Below are positions 23,731 to 32,777 of a DNA stretch of 32,777 nt, in pieces (within the stretch, counting starts at the first letter, position 1; each line of letters starts with the position of its first letter). The DNA comes from Octopus sinensis (taxonomy: Eukaryota), in the NCBI RefSeq assembly GCF_006345805.1, contig NW_021832739.1, positions 1 to 32,777 of the forward strand, read 5' to 3'. The position numbers and the translations under genes were made by a program. The notes beneath the pieces are model-generated. The model did not search any database. It had not been told where the DNA came from and saw nothing but the letters and a program-made list of their open reading frames with translations.

Positions 23731-23959
23731 TTCCAATGCACATCTGATCTTTCATAAAGTGAGTCTGAGCTAGGGTTCAAACAGCTTCATCACTGGCTAA
23801 TATATATATGTGTGTGTGTGTCTGTGGAATTGGTAAAAACAAATAGAAAAGTAGATGACAAAAATGGCAGATCATTACTTTTTCATATTTTCATTGCAAT
23901 TATTAACAAAGATGGTAGATTCTAGAACGGCGGACCTACTGTGGATGCTTGATGTACCA

Positions 23960-23994
23960 AACTATTATATATTATGTATATATTATATACATAC

Positions 23995-24025
<31 letters not shown>

Positions 24026-24500
24026 CATATGTATGTATAAATATATTATATATATATATATATTGTGTGTGTATACATATGTATATATGTATATATGTAC
24101 ATATATATGCATGTCTAACGCTCTACATATACATATATATATGTATATACATATATAAGTATATGTATACACATACATATATATACATATACATATATAA
24201 CATATATATATATATATATATAAGTATATGTATATATATATATATATATAAGCATGTTAACGTTATATATATATATATGTGTGTGTGTATGTATATATAT
24301 ATGTGCGTGTGTGTATACATATACATATACATGCATACGTATATACGTGTATTTCTGCAAGTGTATGTTTTGCTTATGCATACATACATGTCTATATGTG
24401 TATGTATATATATATATATGTGCGTATATGTATATATACACAGAGTGAGAGAGACACACACACACACATACACACACATATATATAATACTATATATATA
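23960..24500. repeat. Compound (TA)n/(TG)n/(CA)n microsatellite
   Basis: Direct reading. Confidence 0.93.
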
Positions 24501-24796
24501 CATGAGCACATACATCCATACAGACATGCAGCCATAGTGATTAATATACGTTTGTGACAGAGATAACCAGGCCAACGAAGAATTGAGTGAAAAGAGTAGA
24601 GTGAATGGCTGGCCTGTTTATATATTATGTATGATATTCATATAAACGTCCACAAACAGAAGATCAGACCCATACACACATAAACACTCCCACATCTCTG
24701 CATAAACAAGCGTTCACTCGCCTCTACACATACACAACCGTGAAACAGACTCACATCAACACACACACACACACACACAAGCACAAGCACACACAA

Positions 24797-24832
<36 letters not shown>

Positions 24833-24914
24833 CCACCTACAGAAATATACGTACACTAAATAAACCTATTCTGGTTCTAAGTCTCTGCAGAAATGTCATC
24901 ACTGTATAGCGCTG

Positions 24915-24966
<52 letters not shown>

Positions 24967-25760
24967 AAATATGAAGATACACACTTCTACGTATGGCTAT
25001 ATATATACATGTACATACACATATAGACACATCAGACATATATGTATGGAATATACGAGATAGGTTTTCGTTTTTCTTTTGGTTATCATCTACAGAATAT
25101 CGGCATTATCTTTTATAGAGTCAATCTAGATTAGTCAAATATTTGGCGCCTCAAATGAAAAGCGCGCAAACGATACTTTGCCAGCAAATCGTATCTGTCA
25201 TTAATATCACATAAACATCAGATGCCGTTTGTAAGGCACAGTATGACGTTAATAAATTTATCCAACCGATTAATATCTCTTCTGAGAATTCTTTAGTATC
25301 ATTTCTTTAGTTATTCGTGTAGACACAAAATTCGAGGAGTTGATTGGATGTTTTGGGGATATCTTTCATTTATGTGGAGGCTTTATTTTTTTTTTTGGTT
25401 TATTTCTTTAGTTTTTTGTTTGTTTGTTTGTTTTTGCCCTTTTTTTGTTGTTTTGTTTTTACACAGCTATCTCTACGTGATGTAGCAATTTTCCGTGATC
25501 CAACTGCGAAGATGAATGCATCTGCTTGACGTGTTAGAAGTGTCGGCTAAAATTCTCTCCAGACACATCCTACCATTTTTTAGAAGAAGGATATCTTGGA
25601 TAAAATAGTTTGAAGGGCAACAGAAGTAGTAGGGGTCTGTCAAAACTGAAACACTTTTGATTGAAAGTTTGTTTGATTGCGAATAAGCAGGAATTAAACA
25701 ACAACGGTTATACGTTTTCGTTGACTAGGTTTCATTATAAAATTTGCAATGAATATGGAA

Positions 25761-26139
25761 GCACTCCGTCGGTTACGACGACGAGGGTTCCGGTTGATCC
25801 AAATCAACGGAACAGACAGCTCGTGAAATTAACGTGTAAGTGGCTGAGCACTCCACAGAAACGTGCACCCTTAACGTAGTTCTCGGGGATATTCAGCGTG
25901 ACACAGAGAGTGACAAGGCCGGCCCTTTGAAATACACGTACAACAGAAACAGGAAGTAAGAGTGAGAGAAAGTTGTGGTGAAAGAGTACAGCAGGGATCA
26001 CCACCATCCCCTGCCGGAGCATCGTGGAGCTTTTAGGTGTTTTCGCTCAATAAACACTCACAACGCCCGGTCTGGGAATCGAATCCGCGATTCTATGACC
26101 GCGAGTCCGCTGCCCTAACCACTGGGCCATTGCGCCTCC
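25761..26139 (-). mobile_element. tRNA-headed SINE family B, full length
   Basis: Minus-strand head GGAGGCGCAATGGCCCAGTGGTTAGGGCAGCGGACTCGCGG...GGATTCGATTCCCAG. Body and tail match 11624-11972. Confidence 0.92.
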
Positions 26140-26367
26140 ATTCATAAAAGTTGCAATAGAGTGTGACTGGCTTGAGTTATAACCAAAATGGCCTTATGAC
26201 CGGTGGAGAAAACATCGACAGCTTGGAATAATTTGAGCTTGAAACATTTCTTTAAGCATACAACTTAAGTTGTTTTACTAAATAGTATAAAATGTTACAT
26301 ATAAATTACACCCAACTCACAAGTATCTTGACTTTTCAGTTTGCTGAATTTCTCGATAAACAAGCAG

Positions 26368-26399
<32 letters not shown>

Positions 26400-26452
26400 C
26401 TATAATATATATGTGTGTATACATAGAGAGAGAGAGAGATACATATATATGG

Positions 26453-26488
<36 letters not shown>

Positions 26489-26600
26489 CAGAGGTGCTGA
26501 AAAACACTTGGCTTTAAACGTATCGTGAAAGGCCTGCTTCAAAGCCCAACTATCGCAGTTCTTTTACAGAGCTTAAAAAACTGAAGGACTGCTGCAATAT
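26489..26600. mobile_element. Possible Tc1/mariner-type TIR fragment
   Basis: GAGGTGCTGAAAAACACTTGGCTT resembles mariner-type ITR starts (GAGG.GTGCTGAAAAGTT...GGCT) from memory. No partner TIR was found. Confidence 0.25.
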
Positions 26601-26618
26601 GTGTGTGAAGCTAAGAGA

Positions 26619-26670
<52 letters not shown>

Positions 26671-26672
26671 AT

Positions 26673-26852
26673 ATCATCATCATCATCATCATATCATCAT
26701 CGTTAGCGTCCGCTTTCCATGCTAGCATGGGTTGGACGGTTCAACTGGGGTCTGGGAAGCCAGAAGCTGCACCAGGCCCAGTCTGATCTGGCAATGTTTC
26801 TACGGCTGGATGCCCTTCCTAACGCCAACCACTCCGTGAGTGTAGTGGGTGC
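26673..26852 (-). mobile_element. RTE-associated SINE or LINE 3' end with (TGA)n tail
   Basis: Contains GGATGCCCTTCCTAACGCCAAC (26808-26829; reverse complement of the GTTGGCGTTAGGAAGGGCATCC motif I recall from RTE-related 3' ends). The tail reads (ATC)n on the plus strand. Confidence 0.65.
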
Positions 26853-26855
26853 AGA

Positions 26856-26874
26856 TAGATAGATCGATAGATCA

Positions 26875-26970
<96 letters not shown>
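26856..26970. repeat. (GATA)n microsatellite
   Basis: Direct reading. Confidence 0.96.
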
Positions 26971-26971
<1 letters not shown>

Positions 26972-27196
26972 GAGTTAGATAGATTATGAGAGGTAGTCGT
27001 GTCAGGAAGACACAAAGATGTTAGGTAATGCTGAGTAAGTGCTATGGATAGACTATAGTTAAGCTCCAGGTTCGGTGATTATGCGAACGAGGAGTGCAAC
27101 GTAGGTCATATATCAGCATGCGTATATATAAAAAATTAACAGAATGAGATAAATAGCTAAGGCTGTGAAAGATTTCAAAACATTTACAAAGAGAAG

Positions 27197-27244
27197 ATCT
27201 TACAGCTGTTTCCGGGATATTTTATATATCCCTTCATCTGAGAC
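27197..27244 (-). ncRNA. Type-I hammerhead-like motif (family H4), single U4A core change
   Basis: Minus strand reads gtct CAGATGA a GGGATAT ataaa ATATCCC g GAAA C AGCT G TA agat. Stem II is a perfect 7 bp, stem III is palindromic ACAGCTGT, the GUA site lies between 27201 and 27200, and stem I is GTCT/AGAT. Confidence 0.65.
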
Positions 27245-27315
27245 GCTGTGAGAAAATGGTTAAGCACTAGTTATTCTAGAAAGGATATGAAATAGAAAGA
27301 GAAGTCGAGGAATGA

Positions 27316-27418
27316 AAACAGACGTGAGATATGCGCAGGGATATTGTATCTCCAGAGGCATTATTTAAGCAATAATGGATCTGCAGATACAATATCCCTG
27401 CATATCTCACGTCTGTTT
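27316..27418. repeat. About 100-nt near-perfect hairpin (50/48-nt arms, 5-nt loop)
   Basis: 27316-27365 pairs with 27371-27418 with 3 mismatches and one 2-nt bulge; the loop is TAAGC. Confidence 0.9.
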
Positions 27419-27535
27419 ATATATAATAATTTAAATTAAATTAATTTACTCTGCTATGTATTGAGTACCTTATTTACTGTGGTTAACCCCGACTCAACCC
27501 GGGACCTACATATATATATATATTATATATATATA

Positions 27536-27577
<42 letters not shown>

Positions 27578-27639
27578 GTATGTATGTATGCATGTATGTA
27601 TGTATGTATGTATGTATGTATGTATGTATTATATATTGC

Positions 27640-28358
27640 CTCTCGTAGTAAAAGGTGTAAAAAAACAACACATCTCTGCAATGCTGTCAGCTATCGTATT
27701 CCCAGACGCAGCTTTTCTGGTTCTTGACTTTCTTCGATGGAGAATAATGAGGGGACGTAATTCTGCTCAGATTTAAAGCCGTAGCTTTAGCTAAAATAAT
27801 AATAAGCAGCATTGACTGATTTGCGCGATAAAATGATTTGCCCGTTCGCGATAAAATGAGCAGTATCAGCGCCTCACAGTGTTTAGGCATAAGCGAAGTT
27901 AATTAAAATTTGTTAAGTTAAACTTAGTTTATGACATATTTCTACTTCTTAAAGGTAAATTCACTGCAGTTACCGCGGAGAGAAAAAAAAAAGATTCTCT
28001 CTTATGGTAAAAGGTGTTAAAACACTATATTTGTCCTGTGCTTCCCCCTATCGGTTTCTCAGACGCAACGCTTCTGGCTCTTTAGCCTTTTTCAATGGGA
28101 AATACTGAAGTGAAGTAGCTCTGGGGCAGATTTAAATGCTTAGCTAAAACCCAGTAAACAACATTAACTGAGCAGTGCTAACACGCCGCCCGGTCGGAAT
28201 AAAATCTTCAGTATTAGTGCCAAGCAAATATTGTGTTTTTACTCCTTTTTGCCATCAGAAAGAATCTTTTCTCCGCGGTAGCTGCAGTGAATTCACTTTT
28301 AAAACTTGAAATATGTCACAAATACATTTAACCAAATCTAAATATTGCTTATGCCTAA
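27640..28358. mobile_element. Composite repeat with layout A-B-A'-revB (MITE-like or foldback-like)
   Basis: A (about 27640-27820) and A' (about 27997-28170) are diverged direct repeats. B (27883-27998) and 28261-28358 are inverted repeats sharing TTAGGCATAAGC, GACATATTTC and AATTCACTGCAG.TACCGCGGAGA. Confidence 0.6.
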
Positions 28359-28599
28359 TAACTACTTAGATGTCATCTTTAAAAATGGTGACATCTAAGA
28401 CAACATTGCTTGAGACAAAGAAAAAAGATGGGATGGTCATGACTGGAACGCTTTTCGTTGAGAAGGAGGGGTGGGTGGTTTGGTGATTTAGGGTTCACTG
28501 CGGCAGAGGATAAACACCACCAGTAACTACTCAATGTCTGTGTGCAAAGCATGGTAAAGAATCTGGCAGAGATATGATGAAGGATCCAGAACAATAGCT

Positions 28600-29030
28600 G
28601 TCTCTTGTCTTATAACGGCGTTCACCTGGGACGGATTAAGCCGACTCCTACTGAGTTAGTTCACTGGAGTTTCTATGGATGATCAGAGTCCGCTGAAACA
28701 GTTCCGGTCTGTATCTGTAAGCCACCATACACAACCGGTAGCAGGTCATCCTCGTGTTACGCCTTCTCGCTATCGGATACCCGTAGACGTGATCCAGCGC
28801 CACCAGGAAGCTGCCAGATTCCGGAACAGACGACGCTTGAAATTCACCATTGCCCTCCAGCTAACCGAGTTGCAGCCCTAACACTTCCGGTATCAGACCT
28901 GACCGCCTTGGGTGGTCCTACCAGAGACTCGAAGTCCCCATACGGTATAGCTCCAACACTAACTCGAATAACCTTCTCACCAAGATGAGTTCAAGGGTTG
29001 GACTTTGAGGAATAGGTGTGTGAATTATAC
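28600..29030 (-). mobile_element. Probable 5' region/UTR of an RTE-type LINE
   Basis: A GC-richer island whose minus strand has GAGCTATACCG...CTGGTAGGACCACCCAAGGCGGTCAGGTC, resembling the GAGCTATGCCG...CTGGTAGGGTCACCCATGCCGGACAGGTC block I recall from RTE 5' ends. No ORF was recognised. Confidence 0.35.
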
Positions 29031-29199
29031 GATACCAGCCACACGACATAGTTCTGTCCTGTCAGGTTTGAGTCGTGGTTAAGTAATAACTACATCAACT
29101 ACAACACTAACAGTAATAGTAGCAAGGAACAACGGGGAGTCCTTTTAGTATCGAAAAGACCTGCGGATAGAAATTACGCGAGAAAACATTTATAGATAA

Positions 29200-29594
29200 C
29201 TAGCAGTATCGCCCGGCGTTGCTCGGGTTTTTAAGGGAAATAATTATATAAGCATTTTTAGAGATGTAAAGTATAATAGCCATCTCAATATGGCTAACCA
29301 CAAAGGGAGGGGGGTTACTGTAGCTTTTTACATTCTGAGATTTAATAATAAATTTTTAGAGAGTTACTTCCCTTATATATGCCAAAAATGCATTAAAAAT
29401 GGGAAAAATTGATGGTAAATTATTTTTTAAATTGTAGACTCATCGTAGACGCGCGCTAATACCCAGAGGGGCTCGATATGAATCACGACTATAAGATACC
29501 TGGTTTTGGTTAAACTGCACCGCAAAATGTGGGAGTAGTTAGGAATCTAAATCGTAGGAGACAGACAGCACATAACCTCACTTTTATATATAAG
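29200..29594 (-). mobile_element. Non-autonomous Helitron-like element (HINE-type)
   Basis: Plus strand starts A|CTAG (29200-29203) followed by the GC hairpin CCCGGCGTTGCTCGGG and ends GACAGACAG...CTTTTATATATAAG. This is the same architecture as 15545-16368, reversed. Confidence 0.6.
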
Positions 29595-29904
29595 GATTGG
29601 TTTAGAAATCGTGCTGACAAGAAGCCTTACATCTTTATAGCTGGGTCAGAGAATCCCTGATAACAGAAACTAGACAAGATAACATTATACATGCTGAGTA
29701 AGAGAATCGTCTCTTATTATTATATTTTTATGTGTAACTCGTAACCTCATCAACCGGGAAAGAGATAGCGGGGTACAAACTTGCAGAAAATATATGATTC
29801 GAACCAGCATCTCACTTTCAATATCTCGCTACATCATTCGCTCAGTACATCAATTATATTCCGTTACATTACACACAGATAAAAGACGAAATTTATCAAA
29901 AAAG

Positions 29905-30300
29905 TAAATAATAATAATAATAACAATAATAATGATGATGATGATGATGATGATGATAATAATAATAATAATAATAATAATATAATAATAATAATGATGA
30001 TGATGATGATAATGGTGATGATGGTGATGAAAATAATAATAATAAAATACATGTAACAACATCACAAGATTGTCGACATACATCAGTATTTTTACCAACC
30101 CCTGTTTCTTAATAGCTGTTTACAGCAACAACAACAACAACAACAACAACAACAAACAGCCAGCTAATAGAACAACAACTATAACGGCCATAACTACGAC
30201 GACGACGACGACAACAACAACAACAGCATCAACAACACACCAGCAGCAGCACAATCAGTATCAATCAATAGCAGTTGTTAAAATGATTATGATAGTAGTT
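29905..30300. repeat. (AAT)n/(GAT)n and (AAC)n/(GAC)n triplet tracts
   Basis: Direct reading. Confidence 0.9.
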
Positions 30301-30906
30301 TGAAGTGTTGTTGAAAGTCTCATGGTTAATAAACTCTTGTAAACATTCGTAATATCATCCAAAATGGCGAAATCATTAAATCAATAAACCAAAACATGTT
30401 CAAATAAATACACAAACAAACAAGCAAATAAATAAACAAAAACAAACAAACAATCAAACAAATTGACAAATGGAAAATAATTTACACGTTTCCTTCTTTT
30501 CTTTGTTGTTGTTGTTGGTTTTTGGTAATTTTTCTCTTAGAATTTTTGGAATGAAAGGAAGAAAGTGAAGTCTCAAGAACATTATTGAAAGCAACTAAAA
30601 AGAAAAAGCAAAAAGGAAGAAAAATAAAAGAAAAATAGTAATTGGCATAAAGAAAAAAAAAAGAAAGTAAATTTTGAAAAGGGGCAACTAAGAAGTAATA
30701 ATGGTCATTTAAGTGAAATGCTTATTGAAACGAAATTTTGGTTGAATTTATTCTACGATCTATATTATTCGACGGCAACTTAGCGAGAAAAATAATATTT
30801 CATATACATACATGTACATATATATACATATATACATACATATATACAACATATATATAATATATATATTATATATATATATATATATTATAATTTACAT
30901 ATATAA

Positions 30907-30937
<31 letters not shown>

Positions 30938-31230
30938 CTATATATATATATATGTATATATATATGTATATACGTAGTGTATATAGCTATGGATATGTAA
31001 CAAATGTACTTGAATATAAAAGAAAAGAATGAACATTTGATGGAAGAAGACGAACATTAAAAAATAAATCAAAGAAATATTGCATTTTAATAAACTTATA
31101 AAAAGAATACAGAATAGGAGAAAAGAAATGAAGACGAATAAGTGAAACAGAAACATAAAAACAAAATATTAGACATTACACACATAAACGCACAATGTAA
31201 TAACAGACACCACACACTTACATGCAAATA

Positions 31231-31275
<45 letters not shown>

Positions 31276-31769
31276 AATATATTAATATATCATACATATA
31301 TAGACACATATGCAATGCATATGCCATACATACACACTGGCAAACAAAATGGACATCAAATACATCAGTGAATGCGCCGTGCTTAAGGATGGAACTTGCG
31401 ATTCGAATGAAACTGATTTAACGACCAAAGAATTTTGGTTTCTTTACCAATGAGCATTGAGAAAATATTTGAATAAACTAAAATTTCAAAACACATAAAA
31501 TAAAATAAAATATGACAAGACTGTGGAATAAAGGTAACAAAAATAAATTGATACAAAAAAAAACAAAAAGAAAACTCAACTGCAGACTTTCGTTATTATA
31601 GTCATGCCTTCATTATGAAGTTATTTTAACAAAATAATTTGTTTTACGCTTTTTAAAATATTCAAAGTACAGAACCTCGAAGTAATAGCTGGGTAGGCAG
31701 GGGCAGGTGTAAGGATAGAGTTAAAACCGGTGTGTGAATTGGGAGTGAGGTAGTGCCTGAGGGTGTGGC

Positions 31770-32102
31770 AAGTGTCGTTGTTGTTGTTCTTGTTGTTATA
31801 TTTTAGCTAGTAGTGGCAGGGTTGGTGCTGTTGATGGTGATAATGGTGAAATTGTTGTCGTTGTTGTTGTTGTTGTTCTTAACTTCGGTTGTGGTGATGT
31901 AGGTTTGTGGTTATGGTCACGGTGTTGATTGCGATGGCATTGTTGTTGCAGTTGTTGTTTTAACAGTTGCTGTTGATGATGAAGATGGTGACGGTGTTGT
32001 TGATGATGGGGGTGATGGGAATTGTCAGGAGAATGTTCTTATTATTGTTGTCAAAGACAAGGAAGAAAGATGGTGGTCGTGGTAGTGATGGCGATAGTAG
32101 TC

Positions 32103-32164
<62 letters not shown>

Positions 32165-32200
32165 CCTAATGCTATAATGTTGTTGATGTCATTGTGAAAA
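31770..32200. repeat. Degenerate GTT/GAT/GGT triplets ending in perfect (GTA)n at 32103-32164
   Basis: Direct reading; it explains the poly-Ser ORF 31967-32197. Confidence 0.9.
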
Positions 32201-32439
32201 ATTGGTGGTGCAGAAAAGGGATGAGGGTGGGACAGGGGTGAGTTACGGGCGGTGGAAAATGGCGTAAAAATTTAACTAGACTAAAGAAAATTGAGAATTC
32301 AGAGAAATAAAATGAAAAAAAAATTAATAAATTTTGAAAGAAAGAAAGAAAGAAAGAAAGAAAGGAGAACAGAAGGCAGTGAAATTATAGACATCTGCTT
32401 CAACCAGAAATTTTATTTTTGTGGAAATTAAATATAAAA

Positions 32440-32777
32440 GAATGATTCTTATGATGATGATGATGATGTGATGATGATGGTGTCGACAACAGTAGTATTA
32501 ACAATAATAAAAACTGAGGCAGAGACAATAATAACTATGACGACAGCAGCAACAACAACAACAACACAACAACAACAACAACAATAATAATAATAATAAT
32601 AATAATAGTGTTAAATTGTTTTATTTTTACCATGAGAGAGTAATGGGATTTTGTTTTGGTTTTCGTTTGATTTATATATTTTGTTTCTGTTTTTTTAACT
32701 ACTTGAAATACTTTGAAACTCTTTAAAAGTTGAAGTAATAACATAATAATAATAACAACAACAACAACAACAACAAC
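32440..32777. repeat. (GAT)n/(AAC)n/(AAT)n triplet tracts
   Basis: Direct reading. Confidence 0.85.

Noticed and set aside
31347-31455. Short ORF MDIKYISECAVLKDGTCDSNETDLTTKEFWFLYQ*
   Set aside because: It is 34 codons long, with no recognisable motif or convincing splice context.

Overview
AT-rich eukaryotic non-coding DNA saturated with microsatellites ((TA)n, (TG)n, (CATA)n, (GATA)n, (ATT)n, (GTT)n, (GTA)n) and decayed transposons. From memory of its SINE families and repeat landscape it looks like an Octopus (coleoid cephalopod) intron or intergenic region; this is inference, not a database result. I find no intact host gene, rRNA, true tRNA or CRISPR array, and most ORFs in the supplied track are translations of microsatellites. 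Supportable features: three tRNA-headed SINE families (called A, B, C here); several 3' fragments of restriction-like-endonuclease (REL; R4/Dong-like) LINEs; CR1-like and RTE-like LINE ends; a decayed Penelope-like (PLE) GIY-YIG endonuclease; three non-autonomous Helitron-like elements; and several long inverted repeats. The most interesting signal is a set of at least seven type-I hammerhead-ribozyme-like motifs from about four sequence families, plus several half-motifs, with four packed into 20978-22071. Each carries at least one substitution in the catalytic core, so they are probably fossils of PLE pLTRs or retrozyme-like elements. One family repeatedly shows a pyrimidine at core position 6. 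All alignments and folds were done by eye, and element boundaries are approximate.
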